64,000 bases of DNA from Histomonas meleagridis 2922-C6/04-290x (lineage: Eukaryota; Protista; Parabasalia): assembly GCA_020184695.1 (NCBI GenBank), contig JAANOX010000029.1:124001-188000 (forward strand), read 5' to 3'. The notes under the pieces are model-generated. The model made no database searches and was not told the DNA's origin. It worked only from the letters and a program-made list of their open reading frames with translations. A program made the position numbers and the translations under genes. Every line of letters begins with the position of its first letter. The stretch's first letter is position 1. Below are positions 1 to 9,944 of the stretch, in pieces.

Positions 1-331
1 ATAAAGAATTCACAAATTTCCAATATGTAAGCTTCTTGTAAATTTGAATTATGACCAACAAACACTCATATTGAGGGTTCCATTTCTACTTAAAACTTAT
101 GTTTTATACCCATCTTTGGATGAGATTCATCCCAAAATTTCCGCCCGCAATCAATTGAATACGGTTTTTTTGAATACTTATCGAACACCATAATTATAAC
201 TTTTTGAAAAAAGATTCAATGTAATCTGATCGTTTTTGTTTTTACACACGAAATTTTCACATTCCAATTATCGGGCGGTGAACTTTTTGAATGGCCAGTT
301 TGGGGAAAAATTTTCACATCACCTCAATAAA

Positions 332-916
332 ATGGAATCAAAATATGATATCAAAGTTATACTCTCAGGTGAATTTACCACTGGCAGAACATGCTTTATA
401 TTCCGCTTGATCGATAGTGTTTTTCCAGATCAAGGACCATATTTCTTGCCAAATGGTCAAGCCACAAAAACATATGAGATTGAAGGAAAGACGTTAACTT
501 TCCAGATCTATGATGTTATGGGTTCAGCAGATTTTCGCGAACAACCACCAAGTTATTATCAAGATGCAATGGGTGCAATTATTCTCTATGACATTACGAA
601 TGAAGATACATTCCAAAAGGTTCCCTTTTTTATTCAAGAAGTTCGTCGCTATGCAGACAGTAAAGCTGTCATCATGCTAATTGGATCAAAATGCGATCTT
701 GAAAACGATAGGAAAATTTCAACTAGCGAAGGCGCTGAACTCAGCAAGCGCGAGGGACTCATCTTCTATGAGGCATCACCGATCAATGGCACTAATGTTC
801 ACGAAGCGTTTGCAGCTATGGCAACTAAAATTCTTCATGTTCTTGAGGGAAAAGAAGAACCAAAGCAAACTAATAACAAAAATGGAAAAGATAAGTCAAT
901 TTGCAATTTGAGTTGA
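332..916 (+). CDS. Divergent Rab-family small GTPase
   Basis: ATG moved to 332 (TCAC Inr-like motif just upstream). G1 GEFTTGRT, G3 YDVMGS, RabF motifs YYQDAMGAIILYDIT, G4 GSKCD, G5 EASP, C-terminal CNLS. Confidence 0.85.
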   Translation: MESKYDIKVILSGEFTTGRTCFIFRLIDSVFPDQGPYFLPNGQATKTYEIEGKTLTFQIYDVMGSADFREQPPSYYQDAMGAIILYDITNEDTFQKVPFFIQEVRRYADSKAVIMLIGSKCDLENDRKISTSEGAELSKREGLIFYEASPINGTNVHEAFAAMATKILHVLEGKEEPKQTNNKNGKDKSICNLS

Positions 917-1299
917 TATATATCATTTATAAATAATGATATTAATTTTGAAATAAAAAATATTTTATGAGATGTAAGAAACGTATAATTATGTCTATGT
1001 ATGTATACATAAACGAAGTTTGGGTTAATTTCCAAATATAATTGTTGTGTAATTTAATAAATAATTTTCGAAAATTTTTTTGTGTTAAACAATATTATTT
1101 GTTAAAACAAAGTAAGATATTTCAATTTTTTTTAATAAAATTAAGAAAAGGATACTTTAATTGTATTCTATTGGAAATAAAAATGAAGCAAAGGTTGATA
1201 AAAAATTTCGAAATGAATATGGAAAACTTATTTCCAGCAAACAAATTGTTTTTCTGCAGTTAATCAGAATGAAATATCTTCACAGAATAAGATGAAATA

Positions 1300-1480
1300 T
1301 GTTCATATGTTACATTCATTGATTATGTAGCATTTTTTTCTTCGGTTAAATGTTTTAAATATTTACTCGTGATAATGTAAATGTATATACATTAATAATG
1401 CATACAATACAGTTAAAAATGCTGTTGAAAATGGAAACGAAAAAATCATTCATCGTTTAAAGGTGCTGATAAAACAGCGT
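1300..1480 (+). pseudogene. Relic of a trichomonad DUF3447/ankyrin-type gene
   Basis: Manual translation gives VTFIDYVAFFSSVKCFKYLL (1309-1368) and NAVENGNEKIIHRL-KGADK (~1417-1475), separated by stops and frameshifts. These resemble the recalled TLIEYAAFFGSIKCFKYL...AVxGGNxEIIHxL motifs. Confidence 0.45.
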
Positions 1481-1872
1481 TTAATTTTATCGCAATGATA
1501 TCTTTAAACATGATGATAAATTCGAAAAATTTTTGTTATAGAAAAATCAGGAAAGAAATGTGTTTTATGTCATAATTATGAGTTTTTATGTTTTTTGATA
1601 GAAAACGGAATTAATTAAAAATATATAAAAGCAAAAAATATTTATTTGTGTTTTTTAACTTAAAATTTTAAGGCTGTATGGAACTTAGTTTACTTATTTG
1701 AACAGAAAGAAAATGATATTAATGATAAAAATTTTTATTTGTTTTATTTAAAATTTTGACAATTAGAAATAATTTTAAAAATTAAACAAAAAGATGACAA
1801 AGTAATACTTTAATGATACTTTTGATGAAAAATTTATATTTTTAAATTAACGGTCATTTTATCTGGATATAA

Positions 1873-1880
1873 AAAGTGAC
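1873..1880 (+). promoter_or_regulatory. AAAGTGAC core-promoter motif (trichomonad M2-like)
   Basis: Exact AAAGTGAC 14 nt upstream of ATG 1895. The same octamer occurs at 34710 (+), 43071 (+), and on the minus strand at 16747, 34403 and 34433, all upstream of starts. Confidence 0.55.
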
Positions 1881-1894
1881 GCATTGAAGATCCA

Positions 1895-2470
1895 ATGGTT
1901 GAAAAGTTTCTTGGAGAATATAAAAGTTTAAAGTCACGATGGAATCATGTAATAGATGATGCTTCAAAAGGAGTGATGCAAAAAGCATTGAATCAAATAA
2001 TTTGGATTCAACATGTTCAGTCATTTGAAATTTCGGATTGGGGTGAATTATGCGACTTTAATGGTTTGCAAGATAATATCCTTCACGAAGGTCAAAAAAA
2101 GTATAAAGAACTTATTAATGAACTTCCACAAATTATTGATTCTTTGGAAACTGTTCTGAATTTATTAAAAGAAAGTATAGATTCTCTAGATAACTCAACT
2201 CCTTTACTCTCTGCTTCAGAAAGTAAAATGAAGGATTTTATTAGTCAACTTTTAGATGCATATAATACAGAATTTAAATTAAGAAAAAAAATTGTCGAAT
2301 ACCTACAATCATGCGACATACTATACATTCCATATGATGTAATTGTTACATTAAGTTCGATGTGGTCTGGCAAATTATATACAAGCGATCGAATGATAGG
2401 ACATGTTGAAAAAATGTTCGATTTCGAAGTTAGTGCGCTCAAGGCACTAATTATTTCGAAACAAAAATAG
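1895..2470 (+). CDS. Helical protein, possible C1orf109/AIRIM-like
   Basis: 191-aa ORF. W, WGELCDFNGLQDNIL and YNTEFKLRKKIV are spaced like recalled C1orf109 motifs (LRAFPDLKERL; YRKSYLKRKYLL). The CDS is secure; the family call is tentative. Confidence 0.5.
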   Translation: MVEKFLGEYKSLKSRWNHVIDDASKGVMQKALNQIIWIQHVQSFEISDWGELCDFNGLQDNILHEGQKKYKELINELPQIIDSLETVLNLLKESIDSLDNSTPLLSASESKMKDFISQLLDAYNTEFKLRKKIVEYLQSCDILYIPYDVIVTLSSMWSGKLYTSDRMIGHVEKMFDFEVSALKALIISKQK

Positions 2471-2644
2471 TTTATAATTTCATCTGAACATATCTAATAA
2501 ATTGTTAGCATATTTATTAATTTTTTGTTTCTTTTCTATACTTTAAAAACAATTAATCTGGTAAAATAAAATCATCTTTTAAGCAAATTCATAAAAAGGA
2601 AATTTTGAATTTTATTATTTTTCAAATCACATTTCATTTAAAAA

Positions 2645-5002
2645 ATGAAAAACAACAAAACAATGAATTTTTATCATAAACAATGCCGTGAGCTCAAAGC
2701 AGTATTATCTTTCCAAAAAAAAGAAATCAAAAATGCACGCGAACATCTTCTTGAGAAAATGAAAGTAACTCAAGAGCAGCGATCTCTTGCTACACTTCGC
2801 TCTGGCTTTTGTCTCCGTGCTAATACTCAAAACATCAAAGACATTATTCAACTTCCTTTTGTTAAATCGGAAGGATTTTGTGTCAAATCCGGTGCTTCTG
2901 AAGTTTGTGATTTTGGACCTGATGTTGATAATTTTTTAAAGTCCATATACAAGAACTTTTCTTCTCTTCCTCAACTTCTTTCACAAGCGCAAGATTCATT
3001 ATTTTTACAAAACTATCCTTTTTTACCATCTAATGTCAAACCACGAGAATTTTTAGCTAGCTCTACATTACCTGCATTATTTGGTCATTGTTGGACGACA
3101 GAACTTCGTAGAGCTTACATTCATTTTTTGATGGAAGTTTCCAAATCTTCCACATCCACGTTCTCAAACATCCGCGAGCATTGGTTATTTGACTGTTTTA
3201 AGAACTTTATCTTTTCCTCCGACATACAGCAATTTTTAAAGGTTTCAATTGGCGATACAATTCTTCGTGTTGTTCGCGAAAACACAAGTAATCTCACTAA
3301 ACTTAATAGTTATGTCAAGGAGATGGTTTCCAACATGTTATTAAACTCGAACATATTTCCAAAAGATGTCAAATTATTAATCCGTAGTTTTGCCGACTTA
3401 GCGAACGGCTCAAATCAACGTCTTAATCGCGTTGAGATGTTATTCATCGACTGCATATTAGCGCCTGCGATCTCATTGCCGAAAGCATATTGTATATTAC
3501 CGCCGAGTTATCAACTCGACATGAGTCCGACAGGACCAGCGCGAACATTACAACAACTTGCGCAACATTTTCGTCTCATACTACATCCAGCGCAAGCGAA
3601 ACTCCGTAACATGAGTGAGAATGATATCGAAGCTTTAAAAGCAATTTCATTTGATAAATTACTTGATGAATTATTTGGGCCGATTAATAAAGACGAATCA
3701 AATGAATTAAATGAGCCCGATACCAATGAAATGCTAAAGTTATTATCATCGAACTCATTAAATATGATATTCACAATGAGTGATATCTGTTTACTTGCGA
3801 GTTTAGTTGTTGCGCCCGAATTATCGATACATCAAATTCGGGTTCCAATGAATCGCGAGTTTAATTATGAGTTCTTTAGGTTCAAAGTTGATGACTTAAG
3901 TATATTTAATATAAATGTTAATAATAAAAATGAAAATGATAATCGTAAAGATAATAGTAACGTTTCTTCTGCCGCAAATACATTGTTCAGGTTACTCAGC
4001 CATATAATCCCAAACAATAACGCGCCGGATGAGTTCTTGCAATTCATGAAATATTACGAGAAGCAAACAAGATTGAAGCATGACTTTAAGACTTACACTT
4101 ATTTAAATCATCTTTTCTCGAAACTATCATTGCTTAAAGATAAGGAGCAATATATGTTATTGGATTCTTTCGAAGAAGAAATTGATAACATTCGAATTAT
4201 AATTAATGAAAACGATTATCTTTTGACTCAAATCGAACGTGTTTGTCATGAACTTGATAATCAAATTAAATCATACAAACAAAAGGCAGATCAGTCTTAT
4301 TCTGTTTTATATTCAGCTTTATTAAACTTGTTCTTGCAATCAGATCCTTCAATTACTCAAACAATTAAAGCAAAACGTAAACATATAATGTCAGATAAAA
4401 CCGTTTTCATCAACTTTTTCCAAGAGTCCATTCAAAAAATTCAAAACTTTATTCAGCCGATAGCGAAAATGACAATTTCTGGTGTTATCATACATTTTCA
4501 TACTTGGGTGATGCAAATGATTCCATTAAAAGATTTCATCGAAGAACATCCTCAATTTGTTCCATTCGATAATAATTTGGCAGTTGTAAACCATGAATTG
4601 ACAAAGTCTGTTTGCATTGATCCATCGGCCGATAAGTTAAAACGGTTTTTTTCAAATCCGTCACTTTTCGAGTTTGCTGAGGCTGAATTAAGAGATGCTG
4701 AATTCGTCGAATTACCAATGGAAGCATTAAAATATATTTCTTCTATGATGGATATCCTTAGGTGTATGTTTAATCTTGAATTTAATGCGATACCTCAAGC
4801 AGATGAAATGACACCATTAATTAGTTTTACTTTGCTATCAAGTAAATTAACAAATATGTACTCGTTCTCTAAGTATTTGGAACATTTCTTAATGGGGTTG
4901 CCACAAGGTGATACACAAATTGTAAGTGAAACAGAAAATGTCGCATTGACACATTTTATTAATCACGTTGAATCTTTAAAGAAAATTGTGGCGGAAGCAT
5001 GA
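2645..5002 (+). CDS. RasGAP-like plus VPS9 domain protein (GAPVD1/RME-6-like Rab5 GEF)
   Basis: 785 aa. N-terminal FLASSTLPALFGHCW and ILAPAISLPKAY...ARTLQQLAQ are RasGAP-like. C-terminal ADEMTPLISFTLLSSKLTNMYSFSKYLEHF matches the VPS9 ADD..P signature. Confidence 0.75.
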   Translation: MKNNKTMNFYHKQCRELKAVLSFQKKEIKNAREHLLEKMKVTQEQRSLATLRSGFCLRANTQNIKDIIQLPFVKSEGFCVKSGASEVCDFGPDVDNFLKSIYKNFSSLPQLLSQAQDSLFLQNYPFLPSNVKPREFLASSTLPALFGHCWTTELRRAYIHFLMEVSKSSTSTFSNIREHWLFDCFKNFIFSSDIQQFLKVSIGDTILRVVRENTSNLTKLNSYVKEMVSNMLLNSNIFPKDVKLLIRSFADLANGSNQRLNRVEMLFIDCILAPAISLPKAYCILPPSYQLDMSPTGPARTLQQLAQHFRLILHPAQAKLRNMSENDIEALKAISFDKLLDELFGPINKDESNELNEPDTNEMLKLLSSNSLNMIFTMSDICLLASLVVAPELSIHQIRVPMNREFNYEFFRFKVDDLSIFNINVNNKNENDNRKDNSNVSSAANTLFRLLSHIIPNNNAPDEFLQFMKYYEKQTRLKHDFKTYTYLNHLFSKLSLLKDKEQYMLLDSFEEEIDNIRIIINENDYLLTQIERVCHELDNQIKSYKQKADQSYSVLYSALLNLFLQSDPSITQTIKAKRKHIMSDKTVFINFFQESIQKIQNFIQPIAKMTISGVIIHFHTWVMQMIPLKDFIEEHPQFVPFDNNLAVVNHELTKSVCIDPSADKLKRFFSNPSLFEFAEAELRDAEFVELPMEALKYISSMMDILRCMFNLEFNAIPQADEMTPLISFTLLSSKLTNMYSFSKYLEHFLMGLPQGDTQIVSETENVALTHFINHVESLKKIVAEA

Positions 5003-5036
5003 ATAAAAATTTATTGAATTGTGTGAAAATTTAATA

Positions 5037-5390
5037 TTATGTAGCTTCTTGTTGAGTTGGTGTAATATAACTTTCTCCTGCTGGGTGAAGACCATTTGTT
5101 ATTTCAGGGTAGAAACGGCGATCTTCGCTAGAACAATACTTCCAATCTTTATCAGAATATTCAAGACCATCTTCAAAAAACATTTGGCCATCTATAACTT
5201 TCCCGTGATCCCATTGAGCTTTGTAACAGCCTCTTCCAGGATAATAAAGAACGCCTTGTCCATGAAATTGACCATCTAAAAATTCGCCAACATAACGTGT
5301 ACCATTGGAAAAAGTAAATTCTCCTTTCCCATTCATTGTTCCAATTTGATTTCTTTCACCCTCATATTTGCATTGTATAAATTCCTCCAT
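5037..5390 (-). CDS. MORN5: MORN repeat-containing protein 5 homolog
   Basis: MORN repeats (YEGE..., YVGEFLDGQFHGQGVLYY) followed by FEDGLEYSDKDWKYCSSEDRRFYPEITNGLHPAG, closely matching the recalled MORN5 [23 protein letters not shown]. Confidence 0.85.
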   Translation of the reverse strand: MEEFIQCKYEGERNQIGTMNGKGEFTFSNGTRYVGEFLDGQFHGQGVLYYPGRGCYKAQWDHGKVIDGQMFFEDGLEYSDKDWKYCSSEDRRFYPEITNGLHPAGESYITPTQQEAT

Positions 5391-5721
5391 TTACATTTAA
5401 CGTATATAAAACCGTTTGTTTTCATTGGTTTATCGAATGTTTACTATTCCTGATTAATATACAAATATTTCTTTAACTTAATCATAATATATATTAAAAC
5501 TGTTTAAATATGATTAAGAAGTTTTATTATAATTTGTTTGATTTATTGTGTTTAATATATGATTTATATGATGAAGATACTTATATTTGTAAAAGTTGGT
5601 GAACAAAAAACTTTTTACAACAAATTTTCAATTGGTCAGGATCAACTTTTTCTGTGTTAATATTCGTGCCGCCTTTTTTTGTTACATAATAAAAATTGCC
5701 AGAATAAATTTTCACTCACAC

Positions 5722-6858
5722 ATGAATTTTTCCCAGCCAATTCCACAGCCAATCTTTTTAAATTCAAACGAAAATACAAACCGCAATTTACCTGTCGATC
5801 AAAATAATTCACCATGGTTAATACCGAATAAACCATCTACCCCACTTCAACATCCAATTGTAAGACGTATTCATCCCATGAGACCTGTTTCTACTTTTGT
5901 TCACACTCCAGGTACTCAAAAAATGAAACCTGTTGCAGCACCTTTTCCAACATTACCATCCAATAAAGAAATTCAAGAACAAAAAGCTAATGTTGAGCAA
6001 GAAATTAAATTTGCTCAAGCAGAGTTATTGTCGCTTCAACACCAACGCGATTTTTATGATAATTCATCCAAAAGATTAATACCCACAACAACAATTAATG
6101 GTATTCGTGAGTATCACAATTTAATTCTTTGTGACTCTGTTATTGATGGTGTTATTTCCGAAAACAAAGAAAAAAAAATCGAATCAGAAAAATTGACCTT
6201 AATAAATACACAAGATACCTCGAAGTATTCGCAAATTATGGATATTCCAACTTACAGACAAAAGACGCGAGAGTATTATGATCTCGTTACCCCACTTTTT
6301 TTTGTCCAAATGCTCAATAAGGAGATTATCGAAGAAAAAAAGCAATCATTAGCACAAATTTACGTTGAGATTCAGAAGAATTGGCTCCGTGGCTCCAAAG
6401 CTATTGACGAATATTCCACTCGTGTTGATGATTGCCATGAAAATTGGCCACCCGAATTTCCAAAAGGTCGAACTAAATCGAACAATTTAGAAGAAGTTAT
6501 GAAGTATACAGCCCCTGACCAACCACAATTTATGACCATGGTTCGAAAACGAACGAATTGTTTTTACAATACAAATGGATTTGTCGAAGATCCAGAAGCT
6601 GCACATAATGAGTTTAAGAATCGAATTTCATGGAGCGAAGAAGAGAAAGAAAAGTTTGTTACGAAGTATATGCAACATCCAAAGAAGTTTCACATCATTG
6701 CGAAACATTTGCCTCTTAAATGCGTGAAAGATGTTATAGAATTTTATTACGTGAGTAGATACACTCTGAGCTTGAAGGAGAAAGAAGGTGTGTACCGAAA
6801 GAGAGGCGGAAGAAGGAAAATTGTTTCTGAAGGGACAACAAGAACAAACAGATACTAA
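5722..6858 (+). CDS. SANT-domain protein, NCoR/Snt1-like corepressor
   Basis: ATG 5722 follows a TCACT Inr. C-terminal WSEEEKEKFVTKYMQHPKKFHIIAKHLPLKCVKDVIEFYY is an NCoR/Snt1 SANT1-type domain. Confidence 0.8.
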   Translation: MNFSQPIPQPIFLNSNENTNRNLPVDQNNSPWLIPNKPSTPLQHPIVRRIHPMRPVSTFVHTPGTQKMKPVAAPFPTLPSNKEIQEQKANVEQEIKFAQAELLSLQHQRDFYDNSSKRLIPTTTINGIREYHNLILCDSVIDGVISENKEKKIESEKLTLINTQDTSKYSQIMDIPTYRQKTREYYDLVTPLFFVQMLNKEIIEEKKQSLAQIYVEIQKNWLRGSKAIDEYSTRVDDCHENWPPEFPKGRTKSNNLEEVMKYTAPDQPQFMTMVRKRTNCFYNTNGFVEDPEAAHNEFKNRISWSEEEKEKFVTKYMQHPKKFHIIAKHLPLKCVKDVIEFYYVSRYTLSLKEKEGVYRKRGGRRKIVSEGTTRTNRY

Positions 6859-7079
6859 AATGTAACATCCATTGAAATAAATTGGTTAAAACACTTTTTC
6901 TGTGCAGGCAAAAACGATTATATCTCAAAGCAAATTTTTGTATGATTTTATGGCCGTTCTGGATCTGGATTTGAATGAAAAATCGTTTTTTCTGACAATT
7001 TATCAATTTACAACAGATGCTGAAGGCTTTCTTCAAGCATTTCAAAATAAAATTCACATGTTTTTTGTGTGCTCTACAT

Positions 7080-9458
7080 ATGATATTTATCCCTAATAGA
7101 AAATTAACAACCACAGAAGATTATATTAACAACAAAAATCAAATTTTCGAATTTAACATTTTCTCAAAAAAATTTGAAAATGATTTTGGATTTTTGAGCG
7201 CTCTTATAGTTGTTACATATATTCTGAGCGTATCAATTCTTTTTAATACAACATTTGTTTTTATATTGAAATTGATTCCAACTTATAATCAAATATTTTT
7301 GTTATGTCTCAAACTTAAATGCAAATTTTTACATTACCTTTTTTCATATTTGAAAGATCTTTTCCAATTTATATCAAATAATTTCAAACTTCATTTGATT
7401 TTAAATTCTATTATTATCGAGAAATTTATTTGTTACATCAAAATAATAGATTCTTATATAATATCTAAATTAAGTGATAGAATCGATAAGAAAGCAAACA
7501 TCAAATTTGTTTTCATATTGTTTATTTTGTTTTTTTCTCATTCGATACAAACTTTTGATACAGATACATCAACATTAACTATAACGGATCCAAATGAATT
7601 TACAAATGATTATCAAAGTAATACAAAATATATTATCATTTCAAGTGGAATAACAGAAATCCCAGATTCCGCTTTTTATGAATGGACATCATTGCTTACA
7701 GCAGAGATTGCAGACTCAGTCACTTCAATTGGATTTTATGCATTTTTTATGTGTTCTAATTTAGAAGAAGTTTCATTTGGAGAAGGTATTACAAGTATTG
7801 GATCAAGTGCATTTCAAAACACTGCATTAAAATATGTAACAATTAAAAGTCCTCTTACAACAGTTGGTGGAGATGTATTTAATGGATGTGATAAACTTGA
7901 AAGTGTAATTTTTTGTGAAAGTGTTCAAACAATTGGATCTATGATGTTTCAAAACTGTATTAATCTTAAAGATGTTACAATTTCAAGTACAATTTCTTCA
8001 ATATCAACAAATCCATTTATTTATTGTACTAGTCTTCAAATTATTAAAATTGCAGAAGATAATTCATATTATAGTAATTATGAAAACGATGGAGTTTTAT
8101 ATGATAAATTGATTACGAAACTCATTATTTATCCTATTGGAAATCTCAGGGAAACATTCAGCATTCCAGATTCAGTCACTTCAATTGAATCAGATGCATT
8201 TAATTTATGTACAAATTTAATAACAATTTCAATTGGGAAAAGTTTAAATACGATAAAAAGTTCTGCATTCTCAAGTTGTGTATTTACGAATTTCATAATT
8301 CCAAACACTGTTATAGATATTCAATCAAGTGCTTTTTCATTCTGTTATGAATTAGAAACGATTATCATTGGCGAAAGTGTTGAAAATATTGGAAATCAAG
8401 CATTTGCGTATTGTACATCACTGAAATGTATTTATTTTTATGGCGAAACTTCACCAGCATTTGGAAGTGATTGTTTTCAAGATGTTCCAACAGAATATGT
8501 TATGGTCAATGAAACATATACAAGTGAAGGATTTGGAGAATTAAAGATAACGAAAGGAACAATTGACGAATGCATTCTTCCAACACTTACATTTACTAAT
8601 TCAAATACATTTACAAATACATTTACAAATACATTCACAAATACATTTACTAAATCCAATACATTTACTAAATCAAATGTTTTCACTAAATCAAATGTTT
8701 TTACTAAATCAAATACATTTACTGAATCAAATGTTTTTACTAAATCAAATGTTTTTACTAAATCATATACATTTACTAAATCAAATACATTTACTAAATC
8801 AAATACATTTTCTATATCAAGTACATATTCTAAATCGAATGCATTTTCTAGGTCAAATACATTTACTAAGTCAAATACATTTACTAAATCAAATACATTT
8901 ACTCAATCAAATATATTTACTAAATCAAATACATTTACAAATTCGAATGTTTTTTCTCTAACAAATACAAATTCGCATTATTCGTCTTTAACGCATTCAT
9001 TCATTTTAACAAATATTATGTCGATTACGATAACAGCTTCTATTTATAAATCATATATTACGAATTCGTTAACTATTTCCCACATCAATTCTTCATTTAC
9101 ATATTCTAATACGAAATTTGTTCATTATGAATACGTCAATATCATTTATTCTACTTATTCCCAAATTTATAGTAATTTCTTCACAATATTAAACTATCAA
9201 AATGATAATGATGAACAAAATCCAATGAAAACAAATGTTCTCATTAGCATTGTATGTTGTACAGTTGTAATTGTTTTTGTAATTATCGGAATTATAATAT
9301 TTTTAATTAAGAAAAAGCACAAAAAGAAAACATATTCAACAACAGATGCACCAACTCATATATCAAACGTATCAATAAATTACGAAGCAGAACAAACAGA
9401 ACATGTCAACAACGAGGTCAAAAGTCTTGTTCAAAAAGATGATGACCAATGGATTTGA
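7080..9458 (+). CDS. BspA-like (TpLRR) type I surface protein, copy 1
   Basis: TpLRR repeats (e.g. IADSVTSIGFYAFFMCSNLEEV), FTKSNT stalk, TM VLISIVCCTVVIVFVIIGIIIFLI, basic stop-transfer, tail ending DDDQWI. First ATG in frame is 7080. Confidence 0.9.
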   Translation: MIFIPNRKLTTTEDYINNKNQIFEFNIFSKKFENDFGFLSALIVVTYILSVSILFNTTFVFILKLIPTYNQIFLLCLKLKCKFLHYLFSYLKDLFQFISNNFKLHLILNSIIIEKFICYIKIIDSYIISKLSDRIDKKANIKFVFILFILFFSHSIQTFDTDTSTLTITDPNEFTNDYQSNTKYIIISSGITEIPDSAFYEWTSLLTAEIADSVTSIGFYAFFMCSNLEEVSFGEGITSIGSSAFQNTALKYVTIKSPLTTVGGDVFNGCDKLESVIFCESVQTIGSMMFQNCINLKDVTISSTISSISTNPFIYCTSLQIIKIAEDNSYYSNYENDGVLYDKLITKLIIYPIGNLRETFSIPDSVTSIESDAFNLCTNLITISIGKSLNTIKSSAFSSCVFTNFIIPNTVIDIQSSAFSFCYELETIIIGESVENIGNQAFAYCTSLKCIYFYGETSPAFGSDCFQDVPTEYVMVNETYTSEGFGELKITKGTIDECILPTLTFTNSNTFTNTFTNTFTNTFTKSNTFTKSNVFTKSNVFTKSNTFTESNVFTKSNVFTKSYTFTKSNTFTKSNTFSISSTYSKSNAFSRSNTFTKSNTFTKSNTFTQSNIFTKSNTFTNSNVFSLTNTNSHYSSLTHSFILTNIMSITITASIYKSYITNSLTISHINSSFTYSNTKFVHYEYVNIIYSTYSQIYSNFFTILNYQNDNDEQNPMKTNVLISIVCCTVVIVFVIIGIIIFLIKKKHKKKTYSTTDAPTHISNVSINYEAEQTEHVNNEVKSLVQKDDDQWI
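8592..8958 (+). repeat. Coding 18-bp (FTKSNT hexapeptide) tandem repeat with 12-bp FTNT units
   Basis: TTTACTAAATCAAATACA-like units; about 18 hexapeptides plus 3 tetrapeptides. Confidence 0.9.
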
Positions 9459-9944
9459 TATTTTTGATCCTTATTAATATTGTATTCGAATTCTTTGTTT
9501 ATTCAGTTTCGATTCATCAATCACTTTAATTTTAAACTTATTAATGACAACTAAAATTTATTGTATATAATGAATTCACTCTTAATGCACTTGAAATATA
9601 TTAATTACCATGCATAATAACAAATATTACTTGATTCATATTTGGTTCCAAATATAAATATTCGCACTTCACAAGATGTTTCTAAAAGGTTCAATCAAAC
9701 AAAGATTGTTTTGCATTAAATAATTTCAGTTTTTATTACTTGAAGCTCAATGAAATATTTTCGTTATCTGATTTGATATTTTGCTATGAATAATAATATT
9801 ATGAACTAAATGAACATTACAATCGCTCATTAATGATTTAACTTAATATATTTTATGGATTTCATCAATAAAAAATATCATGTTATCGCTTTTCACGTAT
9901 TTACACAGTGTGAAACATTGAGAGAAACAAATTTTTATTTACTT

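Noticed and set aside
8477-8961. Track ORFs 8563-8961 (+) and 8477-8686 (-), and similarly 29564-29785 and 20138-20341
   Set aside because: Shadow frames of the FTKSNT coding repeats.
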